From positions 1-28,665 of IMG/VR virus record IMGVR_UViG_3300046655_000132: a stretch of 28,665 nucleotides of DNA; one strand, given 5' to 3'. This DNA is from a virus (Duplodnaviria; Caudoviricetes). The position numbers were made by a program, and so were the translations under genes. The notes under the pieces were generated by a model. It was not told where the DNA came from. It ran no database searches and saw only the letters and a program-made list of their open reading frames with translations. Shown here one piece after another: positions 9,169 to 18,323 of this stretch (positions are counted from its first letter, which is position 1; the number at the start of each line of letters is the position of its first letter).

Positions 9169-9256
9169 AGTGAGGATTGCGTAAAGAGTCCTCACTCAGT
9201 CTTGCGACAATGGTCGGAGACGATACTTAACTCGCTTATATAAGGAGATAACAATG
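9169..9256 (+). ncRNA. ROSE-like RNA thermometer in the hsp20 5' UTR
   Basis: Three consecutive hairpins (9169-9196, 9199-9221, 9231-9247). The last has UCGCU pairing with the SD AGGAG, with a bulged G. Confidence 0.65.
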
Positions 9257-9700
9257 GTTACAATGAGAACCCTAGCTGAGTTCGATCCCTTTTTGAAAAG
9301 AACTATTGGATTTGATAGTTTGTTTAGAACATTAGATTCTATGACGGAAGGAACTCAGGACAACTATCCGCCCTATAATATCGTCAAGCACGATAATTTA
9401 TATCGAATAGAAATTTCGGTATCAGGCTTTTCAGAAGAAGATCTTTCTGTGGTACATGAAAATTATGTACTCACTGTATCTGGTTCAAAGACAACACAAG
9501 AACCGGAACAAGAATATCTTCACAAAGGAATTGCATCTAGAGACTTCGTTAAGAAGTTTACTCTATCTAAAGATTTAGTTGTTGTGGATGCCACAATCAC
9601 TGATGGTCTTTTGGTAGTATCTCTAGAATTGGTTGTTCCAGAAGAGAAAAAACCAAGAGTTATTGACATAACAAGTTCCCCCAAATTATTGGTGGACTAA
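9254..9700 (+). CDS. hsp20: Small heat shock protein (Hsp20/IbpA-like)
   Basis: IGFD, NYPPYNI, YLHKGIASRDF, DGLL, VPEEKKPR; SD AAGGAG. Confidence 0.95.
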   Translation: MVTMRTLAEFDPFLKRTIGFDSLFRTLDSMTEGTQDNYPPYNIVKHDNLYRIEISVSGFSEEDLSVVHENYVLTVSGSKTTQEPEQEYLHKGIASRDFVKKFTLSKDLVVVDATITDGLLVVSLELVVPEEKKPRVIDITSSPKLLVD

Positions 9701-9702
9701 AT

Positions 9703-9738
9703 AATTATAGGGGGGTGCTTTGTATCCCCCTTATAATT
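9703..9738 (+). terminator. Long stem-loop after hsp20 (terminator or processing hairpin)
   Basis: AATTATAGGGGGG...CCCCCTTATAATT inverted repeat, preceded by the late-promoter-like CTAAATA (9697-9703). The U-tail is weak. Confidence 0.5.
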
Positions 9739-9752
9739 TACCGGAGACTACA

Positions 9753-9935
9753 ATGGAAACGCATGAACAACTTATCGTTTTATTAGAACAATATAAATTT
9801 GAGAATGAGAAGTTTGCGAGAGGAAATAAATCTGCTGGCGTTCGCGCCCGAAAAGTGCTGATGGAAATCATCAAGGCTTCTAAAACTCGCCGCGCAGAAA
9901 TTCAAGAAGAAAAGGAATGGATAGTCAAGAAGTAA
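9753..9935 (+). CDS. Small basic protein resembling the histone H1-like Hc1 N-terminal domain
   Basis: KFARGNKSAGVRARKVLMEIIKASKTRR resembles the Hc1-type GNKAA..R.RK motif; RBS GGAG at 9743. Confidence 0.6.
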   Translation: METHEQLIVLLEQYKFENEKFARGNKSAGVRARKVLMEIIKASKTRRAEIQEEKEWIVKK

Positions 9936-10279
9936 AGTATGATGTTCATCTAAGAAAAGATGAAGAAACTGGAGAACCGATTCTATATAGAACTAAAAAT
10001 AGATCGAATTCATTTGGTGATGTGAGAATGACTCCAGCACTTCCCAATCAAAGAATTATAGAACTGATTTGTAACAACACAAAACTGATGCAAGAACAGC
10101 CTCAGGTCGTACAAAGAGTTCTAAACATGGAGTGGCGGTACATCGAAAGAAGAATCGTCCGATGGTTAGGAGATACTCCAGAAGCCACAGAGCTGAAAGA
10201 GTTATTGAGAAACCACATTAAAAGTGAAAAGAAATGGTATCGTGAAAAAGGAAAAGATTATGAAATACAACTACGCTGA
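9917..10279 (+). CDS. Hypothetical protein
   Basis: 120-aa ORF with RBS AAGGA, overlapping both neighbours. Confidence 0.7.
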   Translation: MDSQEVKYDVHLRKDEETGEPILYRTKNRSNSFGDVRMTPALPNQRIIELICNNTKLMQEQPQVVQRVLNMEWRYIERRIVRWLGDTPEATELKELLRNHIKSEKKWYREKGKDYEIQLR

Positions 10280-10526
10280 TAGTCCTTTTGTAAGGGCATT
10301 AATCCGCAAATATGAATACGAAAAAGATGAGGCAATTGCCACTCTTAATGTATACTTTGTAAACCCCGCTGGAATTTCTGAACATAGTGATTTTGTTGAA
10401 GAAATGGATAAGTGGGTATCAAAGTTGGCAGCTGCCGATGAGAACCTTAAGGTGTTGGTATCAACATTTGTTAATGTTCCTCAACCAGCAGCGCCTGGCG
10501 CACCCGAAGCAACCGAAGAGTCCTAA
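10260..10526 (+). CDS. Conserved hypothetical phage protein
   Basis: YFVNPAGISEHSD motif, typical of a small ORF near gp43 in marine T4-like phages; ATG 10260 with AAGGA. Confidence 0.7.
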   Translation: MKYNYADSPFVRALIRKYEYEKDEAIATLNVYFVNPAGISEHSDFVEEMDKWVSKLAAADENLKVLVSTFVNVPQPAAPGAPEATEES

Positions 10527-10900
10527 TGTCAATAAATGATATAAAAGTCATTCGTCTGATTTCAGGCGAAGAGTTAATGGGAGAAATAACTGAGGACGGT
10601 GAGGATACATACAGAATTAAGAATGTATGTCAAATCGCAAGTTCTTATGCAGACCCAACATCTGCTACTGCAAGAATTGGTATTGCACCATTTCTTCCAT
10701 ATACTAAAGTCAAGGACGGACTCACTCTTAACAAATCTTATGTAGGATTTGTGATCGAGCCGGTTAATGAACTACTGAGTGAATACAACAAAGTTTTTGG
10801 AAGTGGTATTGTATTGCCGCCCGAAGGTACACAGTCTATTAAGTCTACTACCGCAAATGCAGCAACATCCTCTTCCAATTCTGCGTTTGTTAAATTATGA
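10526..10900 (+). CDS. Conserved Sm-like fold protein upstream of gp43
   Basis: IKVIRLISGEELMGEI...PFLPY...YNKVFGSGIVLP pattern. Confidence 0.7.
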   Translation: MSINDIKVIRLISGEELMGEITEDGEDTYRIKNVCQIASSYADPTSATARIGIAPFLPYTKVKDGLTLNKSYVGFVIEPVNELLSEYNKVFGSGIVLPPEGTQSIKSTTANAATSSSNSAFVKL

Positions 10901-10912
10901 TTCGGAGATTGA

Positions 10913-13408
10913 ATGAGATTTTACACTAATGTTCAGTGTGTAAAAAACAAAATCTTTCTCAGAGAAATTGATGGAACTAAACGTCGAGAAGTCAAAATAG
11001 ACTACTCGCCTTCTCTGTTTATTTCTGGAAAGAAAGATTCTTTATACAAAACTCTAGATGGGAAGCCTCTAGATAGAGTCCAGTTTGGTTCTATCGGAGA
11101 GGCGAGAGAATTCAAAGAGAAGTATAAAGAGATAGATAATATGAAGATATATGGTCACGACCAATATCTTTATCCATTTATTTCTGACGAATATTCTTCC
11201 AGCATAGAGTATGACTTTTCCAAACTCAACATCTGCAATATCGATATTGAGGTAGAGTGCGAAAGTGGATTCCCAGAACCAACCGAGGCAATAGAAAGAG
11301 TTAACGCCATCACTATGAAGATGGACGAATTCTATGTTGTTCTTGGTCTTGGTGACTGGGAAAACAAAGACAATCTTCCTAGAATAAAGTATATGAAGTT
11401 CAAGGATGAACACAGTCTTCTGCGTTCTTTTTTGAACATATGGGAAAACTCTAAGATCGATATCGTAACTGGTTGGAACGTAAATCAGTTTGATATGACT
11501 TATCTTGTCAATAGGATTGAAAGACTTTTTGGCGAGAAAGAAGTTAGAAGATTATCTCCTTGGGGTATTTTTTCTAGAACCGAAAAGATGATGTTTGGAA
11601 GAGCCCAGACTCAAGTTAAAATTTCCGGTATTGCAATCATAGACTATCTAGATTTATACAAGAAGTTTACTTATGTAAACCGCGAAAGCTACTCTCTGGA
11701 TTTTATTGCCCATGTTGAACTTGGTGAAAGAAAACTAGATCACTCAGAATTCGAGCAGATGCATCTGTTCTATAAATTAGACTATCAGAAGTATATTGAT
11801 TACAACATTAAAGATGTAGAGTTAGTCGATAAACTTGAAGATAAACTGAAGTTGATGGAACTTCTGGTGACTCTTGCTTACCAATCTAAAGTTAACTTCG
11901 AAGATGTTTTCTCTCCTGTCAAAATATGGGATACAGTTGCATTCGATGAACTGAAGAAAACTAAAACGGTAGTTCCCAATAAATCTAGAAATGAAAAGTC
12001 TGAATCCTTCGAAGGGGCTTATGTAAAAGATCCTGTAGTTGGATTGCATAAGTGGGTAGTATCATTTGACTTGAATAGTCTATATCCTCACCTAATCATG
12101 CAGTACAACATCAGTCCAGAAACCTTGATAGAGGGAGAAACTGTTCCGACATCTATCGATGAATTGCTTGAGAAAAAGACAGATTTATCTGGGTTGAAAG
12201 ATGAGACTGTTTGTCCTACTGGCCATATGTTCTTGAAATCAAAGAAGGGGTTTCTTCCTAAACTGATGCAGAGAATGTACGATGATCGCGTTCAGTATAA
12301 GAAAGAAATGATCCAGTGGAAGCAGAAGAAACAAACTGGGGAAGGTGATCCTGCAGAGATAGACAAAAAGATATCTCAACTTGATAACAAACAAATGGCC
12401 GCAAAGATTCTTCTTAACTCTGCCTATGGTGCGTTAGGGAATCAGTGGTTTCGATACTATGATATTCGACAGGCAACATCAATTACTTCTTCCGGACAAC
12501 TGTCTATCAAGTGGATTGAAAATAAAGTCAATGACTACTTCAATAAACTGATGGGCAATGAAGAACCGAAGAGTTATGTTATTGCGAGTGATACTGATTC
12601 GATCTATGTTACCCTTGGTGACTTTGTAGAGAAGGTATTTAAGGAAGTCCCCGAAGACAGTAAAGTAGTAGACTTTCTTGATACAGTCGCAAAAGATAAG
12701 ATCGAACCATATATCGATAAGTGTTATCAGGAACTTGCAGACTATGTGAATGCATATGATCAGAAGATGTTTATGAAGAGAGAAGTGATTGCATCTAAGG
12801 GCATATGGACTGCAAAGAAGAGATATATTCTTAATGTCCACGATAACGAAGGAGTTCGATACGCATCTCCAGAACTTAAGATTATGGGAATTGAGGCCGT
12901 CAGATCTTCGACACCACAGGCCTGTAGAGAAAAGATTAAAGAATCGTTAAAGATTATCATGAACAGTTCGAATGAAGATCTGATGAAGTTCATTATAGAT
13001 TTTGAAAAGGAATTTAAAACATATCCAGTGCCGGATATATCGTTTCCGCGAGGGGTCAACGGAATAGAAAAATACAAAGATTCTAAGGATGTATTTAAGA
13101 AAGGCACTCCTATTCATGTGAAGGGTGTTCTCTTTTACAATCTACTTATAGATCAATATAAATTGGGTAATACGTATCAAAAGATAAAGAATGGAGATAA
13201 GATTAAATTTGCATATCTTAAAACTCCAAATCCAATACAAAACAATGCAATTGCGTTAATGTCTAGTTTGCCCAAAGAGTTCAATCTAGAAAACTATATT
13301 GATTATAACACACAATTTGAAAAATCGTTTTTAGAACCAATTAAAACAATCACAGATTCTATTGATTGGCAATTGAAAAAACAATACACACTTGATGACT
13401 TTTTTTAG
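10913..13408 (+). CDS. 43: Family B DNA polymerase gp43
   Basis: Exonuclease DIEVE, TGWN..FD, YNIKDV; polymerase FDLNSLYP, KILLNSAYG, SDTDS, KKRY; C-terminal clamp-binding TLDDFF. No intein seen. Confidence 0.98.
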   Translation: MRFYTNVQCVKNKIFLREIDGTKRREVKIDYSPSLFISGKKDSLYKTLDGKPLDRVQFGSIGEAREFKEKYKEIDNMKIYGHDQYLYPFISDEYSSSIEYDFSKLNICNIDIEVECESGFPEPTEAIERVNAITMKMDEFYVVLGLGDWENKDNLPRIKYMKFKDEHSLLRSFLNIWENSKIDIVTGWNVNQFDMTYLVNRIERLFGEKEVRRLSPWGIFSRTEKMMFGRAQTQVKISGIAIIDYLDLYKKFTYVNRESYSLDFIAHVELGERKLDHSEFEQMHLFYKLDYQKYIDYNIKDVELVDKLEDKLKLMELLVTLAYQSKVNFEDVFSPVKIWDTVAFDELKKTKTVVPNKSRNEKSESFEGAYVKDPVVGLHKWVVSFDLNSLYPHLIMQYNISPETLIEGETVPTSIDELLEKKTDLSGLKDETVCPTGHMFLKSKKGFLPKLMQRMYDDRVQYKKEMIQWKQKKQTGEGDPAEIDKKISQLDNKQMAAKILLNSAYGALGNQWFRYYDIRQATSITSSGQLSIKWIENKVNDYFNKLMGNEEPKSYVIASDTDSIYVTLGDFVEKVFKEVPEDSKVVDFLDTVAKDKIEPYIDKCYQELADYVNAYDQKMFMKREVIASKGIWTAKKRYILNVHDNEGVRYASPELKIMGIEAVRSSTPQACREKIKESLKIIMNSSNEDLMKFIIDFEKEFKTYPVPDISFPRGVNGIEKYKDSKDVFKKGTPIHVKGVLFYNLLIDQYKLGNTYQKIKNGDKIKFAYLKTPNPIQNNAIALMSSLPKEFNLENYIDYNTQFEKSFLEPIKTITDSIDWQLKKQYTLDDFF

Positions 13409-13417
13409 GAGATTAAT

Positions 13418-14455
13418 ATGTCAAAATTAATGGACAAGTTGAGAACCAATACAACTATCAAATCAGCACAACTACTCAAAGATTCTGATTTTATGAATCA
13501 GGAAATGGTTCCTACAGATATCCCCGCCGTTAATATTGCATTATCGGGAACTATCTGTGGCGGATTGACATCTGGTCTAACTACGATTGCAGGGCCCTCC
13601 AAACACTTTAAGACCGCATTTGGTCTGTTGATGATGAAGGCATATCTACAATCTAAACCAAATGCAATCGCATTGTTCTATGACTCAGAGTTTGGTACTC
13701 CCCAGAAATACTTTGAGACATTCGATATCGATATGTCCAGAGTATTACATTCACCGATTATGGATGTAGAACAGCTGAAGATTGATATTGTAAAACAACT
13801 GCATGAACTGGAAAAAGAAGATGAAGTCTATATCTTTGTAGATTCTATTGGTAATCTTGCATCGCATAAAGAAGTCCAAGATGCTTTGGATGGGAAGATG
13901 GTGGGTGATATGACCCGCGCAAAAGGAATCAAGTCATTATTCCGAGCAGTTACTCCATATCTAAAGTCAAAGAATATTCCAATGGTTGTTGTGAACCACA
14001 CATATGACTCGCAGGAAATGTTCTCTAAGCCAGTAGTGTCTGGTGGAACTGGTATCTACTACTCTTCTGATACAATCTGGATCGTCGGTAGGAGACAACA
14101 GAAAGAAGGTACTGATGTTACTGGATATCAGTTTGTTATCAATGTAGAGAAGTCTAGATACGTTAAAGAGAAGTCCAAAATTCCTGTTAGCGTAAGTTTC
14201 GACGGCGGTATTGATAAGTGGTCAGGTCTTCTTGATATGGCATTAGACGCCGGTGTAATCAGTCGTAGTGGTGCTTGGTATCAGTTGACGGATCTAGAAA
14301 CTGGTGAAATCGTAGAGAAGAAGTATCGTGCAAAAGAACTTGTAGGAAATGATGTTTGGAATCCAATCCTAGAGAGCGAATCCTTTAAGAATTATGTGAA
14401 AGAAAAATATATGCTTGTCACCGATTCTATTATGGAAGAAGAAGTTGAAGCATAA
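13418..14455 (+). CDS. uvsX: RecA-like recombinase UvsX
   Basis: AGPSKHFKT, FYDSEFG, DSIGNLAS, DMTRAK, VSGGTGIYYS; SD AGGAG. Confidence 0.96.
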   Translation: MSKLMDKLRTNTTIKSAQLLKDSDFMNQEMVPTDIPAVNIALSGTICGGLTSGLTTIAGPSKHFKTAFGLLMMKAYLQSKPNAIALFYDSEFGTPQKYFETFDIDMSRVLHSPIMDVEQLKIDIVKQLHELEKEDEVYIFVDSIGNLASHKEVQDALDGKMVGDMTRAKGIKSLFRAVTPYLKSKNIPMVVVNHTYDSQEMFSKPVVSGGTGIYYSSDTIWIVGRRQQKEGTDVTGYQFVINVEKSRYVKEKSKIPVSVSFDGGIDKWSGLLDMALDAGVISRSGAWYQLTDLETGEIVEKKYRAKELVGNDVWNPILESESFKNYVKEKYMLVTDSIMEEEVEA

Positions 14456-14775
14456 TGGCATTCTTCGCATCTGCGTTCATTTACAAGGAAAGGCTGTCTA
14501 TATGTAAGACTTGTGAGTATTACATAAAGTCTGCTCATATGTGTAAAGAATGCGGATGCTTTATGCCCGCAAAGGCAAAGATTGCGAAACTTAGATGTCC
14601 AAAAGATAAATGGATCGAGGTCTACGGAACCGAAGAACGAGAACCAGAGACACTTTTATCAGAAGAACAATCTACAATGTCAGAAGAACAAAAAAGAGAG
14701 AAGATAGAAAATACTATAGGCTCTTTAAAGAAAGAAATAACAAAATTGGAGGCACAGTTGAATGGAAATAAATGA
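14455..14775 (+). CDS. Small Cys-rich putative zinc-binding protein with a coiled-coil tail
   Basis: RLSICKTC...CKECGCFMPAK......CPKDKW. Confidence 0.7.
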   Translation: MAFFASAFIYKERLSICKTCEYYIKSAHMCKECGCFMPAKAKIAKLRCPKDKWIEVYGTEEREPETLLSEEQSTMSEEQKREKIENTIGSLKKEITKLEAQLNGNK

Positions 14776-15091
14776 AGAATTCTTTACTGTTATGGAATCT
14801 GATCAGGAAGACCACTTCGCATTCAGAATTGATAAGGGAGAATATAAAGATGTTATTTTCAAACTTGGTAACGTCAAGGTAGAAGAAAACGAAGATCAGT
14901 CTGGGGCATCTTGTACATATGATTATAATGCGCTAAGATCGAACTTTTTACACACAATAGAACAACTTGACAACGACAGTAAATTTGGTAAACTAGTAGG
15001 TGAAGTTTTAAACTTTATGCTAACAACATCAGTAAAGGATACTATGGATGGAATTGACGGAACTCACGATACTGCAGAACTTAGTCAATAG
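14762..15091 (+). CDS. Hypothetical protein at the position of T4 gp40
   Basis: Acidic 109-aa ORF between uvsX and 41, RBS GGAGG. The gp40 link is from synteny only. Confidence 0.6.
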   Translation: MEINEEFFTVMESDQEDHFAFRIDKGEYKDVIFKLGNVKVEENEDQSGASCTYDYNALRSNFLHTIEQLDNDSKFGKLVGEVLNFMLTTSVKDTMDGIDGTHDTAELSQ

Positions 15092-16430
15092 GGAAGATTA
15101 TTCCAGAAAAGTAATACCTTTTATCGAACCCGAGTATTTCTCCGAAGAGAGAGACAGAGAAATATTCAAGATGATCTATGATCATATAGACAAGTATAAT
15201 GCCCTGCCGGAAAAAACTAGTCTTCGTATAACATTAGAAGATTTGAATTTGTATGATGCTCTTTACAAAGAATGCGTTGAAACTATCAATGTGATTGAAG
15301 AGTATGATTCTAGAGTAAATGTAGAATGGCTGACAGATGTCACTGAGAAGTGGTGCCAGAACCGCGCCATTTATAATGCGATATTTAAATCGATTAAGAT
15401 TATAGAAGACGATAATTCTAAAGAGGATACTGGTTCTCTTCCAAAGATATTGCAGGATGCCCTTGCAGTATCTTTTGATAACCATGTCGGTCATGACTTT
15501 ATTGATGATTCTGATGATCGTTTTGAATTCTATCAGAGAGTAGAAGAAAAACTTCCTTTCCATTTGGAAAAATTCAATGAGATAACTAAGGGCGGATTGT
15601 CTAGAAAGACTCTTAATATCGCTCTTGCCGGAACTGGCGTAGGTAAGTCTCTCTTTATGTGCGACTCTGCGTCTGCACAACTCTCTCAGGGAAGAAATGT
15701 TCTATACATTACCCTAGAGATGTCTGAAGAAAAGATTGCTGAGAGGATCGATGCGAACCTTCTGAACATCCCTATTCAGCAAATACCTGAGATGAGTAAA
15801 GATATGTTTGAGACTAAAATTAAGCGTCTAGACTCTAAGACCTCCGGCAAGATGGTCATTAAAGAATACCCTACTGCGTCTGCAAATGCAAATCATTTTC
15901 GTCATCTTCTTAATGAGTTGCAGATGAAAAAGAATTTTCAACCAGATATCGTCTTTATCGATTACTTGAATATCTGTAGTTCTGCAAGAATCCGTGGCGG
16001 TGCGAATGTAAACTCATATACCTATATCAAATCTATTGCGGAAGAGCTTAGGGGATTGGCTGTAGAGTTTAATGTTCCAATAGTCAGTGCAACACAAACA
16101 ACCAGATCTGGATTCACTAATTCTGATATTGGTCTAGAAGATACTTCAGAGAGTTTTGGATTGCCCGCAACCGCAGACTTTATGTTTGCGATTATATCCA
16201 CAGAAGAACTGGAAGATATGAATCAGATTCTAATCAAACAATTAAAGAATCGATATAATGATCCAAATGTCAATAAGAGATTTGTTGTTGGGATCGATAG
16301 ACCTAAAATGAGATTGTATGATGTAGAAGAATCTGCTCAGTCTGATTTGATTGAAGCACCATACGAAGAAACAAATAGTTTCACAAAAAATACTAAATCT
16401 AAATTTGGAAAGGTGGACGTTACGTTATGA
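15048..16430 (+). CDS. 41: Replicative DNA helicase gp41 (DnaB-like)
   Basis: LAGTGVGKSL, ITLEMSEEKIAERIDAN, IDYLNIC, SATQTTR, DTSESFGLPATADF, QLKNRY. Confidence 0.97.
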   Translation: MELTELTILQNLVNREDYSRKVIPFIEPEYFSEERDREIFKMIYDHIDKYNALPEKTSLRITLEDLNLYDALYKECVETINVIEEYDSRVNVEWLTDVTEKWCQNRAIYNAIFKSIKIIEDDNSKEDTGSLPKILQDALAVSFDNHVGHDFIDDSDDRFEFYQRVEEKLPFHLEKFNEITKGGLSRKTLNIALAGTGVGKSLFMCDSASAQLSQGRNVLYITLEMSEEKIAERIDANLLNIPIQQIPEMSKDMFETKIKRLDSKTSGKMVIKEYPTASANANHFRHLLNELQMKKNFQPDIVFIDYLNICSSARIRGGANVNSYTYIKSIAEELRGLAVEFNVPIVSATQTTRSGFTNSDIGLEDTSESFGLPATADFMFAIISTEELEDMNQILIKQLKNRYNDPNVNKRFVVGIDRPKMRLYDVEESAQSDLIEAPYEETNSFTKNTKSKFGKVDVTL

Positions 16431-17035
16431 CAGAACAATTAGAAGAAATTGAACTTGAATCTGAAGATATGGAAACTTTAGCAGAACCATCTGCTGCGAA
16501 ATCATATATTTGTATGTGGGATAATGTTCTTCCTCCGGATTACTGCGAAGAAACTATAGAACTTTTTAGGGAGTCTATTCCGCGAAGAATGAACGAAGAA
16601 AACTATGGATGTTTTGAGCTTGATATTTTGGACGAGAATTTACTGAAAAACACTCCAAGATGGAGAGAAGTCTCCTATTTCTTACTGCAAAGACTTCAGA
16701 GGTATAGCGAACTATATCGTCAGTTTTATAGAATAGAATTCTTTCCTTCTCAGGCAGTAAACGAACAGCTTATAATGCGTAAATATATCCCAAAAGATGA
16801 AATGGGATATCACTCTGGTGTCATGACTGGAGATGAATCTAAACGATTCTTGACCATAAACTTTTTCCTAAATGATACAGAAGACGGTCAGTATACTCTG
16901 CCTGACTATAATATCGGGGTAGAGTCTCGCACCGGAAGGCTTCTAATTCATCCCTCATATTGGACACATCCGTCTCAAATAACTCCCTCCAACGAGGAAA
17001 GGTACATTATATCAACATTTTTGCGGTATCCGTAA
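16427..17035 (+). CDS. 2OG-Fe(II) oxygenase-fold protein with degenerate metal ligands
   Basis: R.LTINFFLND, GRLLIHPSYW, RYIIST match the prolyl-hydroxylase-like phage family, but HxD reads HSG. Confidence 0.75.
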   Translation: MTEQLEEIELESEDMETLAEPSAAKSYICMWDNVLPPDYCEETIELFRESIPRRMNEENYGCFELDILDENLLKNTPRWREVSYFLLQRLQRYSELYRQFYRIEFFPSQAVNEQLIMRKYIPKDEMGYHSGVMTGDESKRFLTINFFLNDTEDGQYTLPDYNIGVESRTGRLLIHPSYWTHPSQITPSNEERYIISTFLRYP

Positions 17036-17038
17036 TAT

Positions 17039-17046
17039 TATAAATA
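17039..17046 (+). promoter_or_regulatory. T4-type late promoter
   Basis: Exact TATAAATA in the intergenic gap, 22 bp before ATG 17069. Confidence 0.8.
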
Positions 17047-17068
17047 CTCTTTCAAGGGAATATTTCTG

Positions 17069-18322
17069 ATGCACAATTTTAGAGAATTTTTAGCAGAAGC
17101 GAAAGGTGGGAAAAATTTACACCTAGAACACATAGAAGAAGAAATCATCAATTACGGAATTGATGGCGGCCGCGCTGCATTAGATTTCCTTCGGTCTCTT
17201 CGCAATATGCTTGCAGGAACATCGGGTTCTAGAGTCAATATGACGGTTAAGTGGGATGGGGCTCCTGCTATATTTGCTGGCATCGATCCTTCTGATGGCA
17301 AGTTCTTTGTTGCAAAGAAAAGTGTTTTCAATGTCAACCCGATACTTTATAAGAGTATCAAAGATATTAATGACGATAATCTATCTGCTCAACTTGATTC
17401 CAAATTCAAGATAGCATTCAACGAGTTCAAGAAACTCAATATCAAAGGTGTCATACAGGGAGACTTGATGTTCACTGATGATGTCTCTACTACTAAGATA
17501 GACGGTAAAACCTACTATACATTTCAACCAAATACTCTAGTATATGCTGCAGAGGTAAATTCTGATCTTGGAAAACAAATTAATAAGGCCAAGATCGGAG
17601 TAGTTTGGCACACCACATACAAAGGAAGTGATCTGCAGGATATGTCTGCGTCATTCGGTGTCAACATATCTAATTTAAACAAACCATCTTCTGTTTGGAT
17701 GGATGATGCGACATATAAAGATGTTTCTGGTACTGCGAATTTTACTAAATCGGAAACCGATCAGGTTACTAAAATATTGTCTGGTGTTGGAAGTTCGTTT
17801 AGAAAGATTAAATCTTCCGAACTGAAAAAGTTCTTATCTATGCAAGATAAGAGTTTTTCTAAATCTAGGGCCGGGGGATCGTTTAAAACATATCTAAACC
17901 AATTTATAAGGTCGGGCACTAATTTTTCAGTACAAAATGTCAAAACCCTAAATTATTCTATGTATGTTAAGAAGTATTACGACGAAAAGGTAATATCAAA
18001 ATTAAAGTCTGCGAAGGGTCGAGAAGTAAAAGAACAAGAAAGAGATGAACTGGTAAAACAGTTAATTTCTTATGACAAATTAATAATAAACTTAGTAGAA
18101 TTCATGCAAGGTTTGGTTTCTGCGAAGTCAATTATTGTGACGAAGTTGAATAAAGTGAAACAACTTACCGATATCTTTATAAGAACTTCAAATGGATACG
18201 AAGTAAGCAATCCGGAAGGATATGTTGCTATCGATAAGAGTGGTAAGGGTGCGGTGAAACTGGTCGATAGATTGGAGTTTAGTTACAATAACTTTACTGC
18301 TGCGAAAAATTGGGATAAGTGA
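17069..18322 (+). CDS. Conserved phage protein with ATP-dependent ligase/covalent nucleotidyltransferase motifs
   Basis: Motif I TVKWDGAP, motif III-like QGDLMF, motif IV EGYVA, motif V AVKLVDR; N-terminus MHNFREFLAE. Confidence 0.65.
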   Translation: MHNFREFLAEAKGGKNLHLEHIEEEIINYGIDGGRAALDFLRSLRNMLAGTSGSRVNMTVKWDGAPAIFAGIDPSDGKFFVAKKSVFNVNPILYKSIKDINDDNLSAQLDSKFKIAFNEFKKLNIKGVIQGDLMFTDDVSTTKIDGKTYYTFQPNTLVYAAEVNSDLGKQINKAKIGVVWHTTYKGSDLQDMSASFGVNISNLNKPSSVWMDDATYKDVSGTANFTKSETDQVTKILSGVGSSFRKIKSSELKKFLSMQDKSFSKSRAGGSFKTYLNQFIRSGTNFSVQNVKTLNYSMYVKKYYDEKVISKLKSAKGREVKEQERDELVKQLISYDKLIINLVEFMQGLVSAKSIIVTKLNKVKQLTDIFIRTSNGYEVSNPEGYVAIDKSGKGAVKLVDRLEFSYNNFTAAKNWDK

Positions 18323-18323
18323 T

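Noticed and set aside
10913-16430. Inteins, introns or homing endonucleases in gp43, uvsX or gp41
   Set aside because: Protein lengths are normal, the motifs are contiguous, and I saw no splice or LAGLIDADG/HNH/GIY-YIG motifs.
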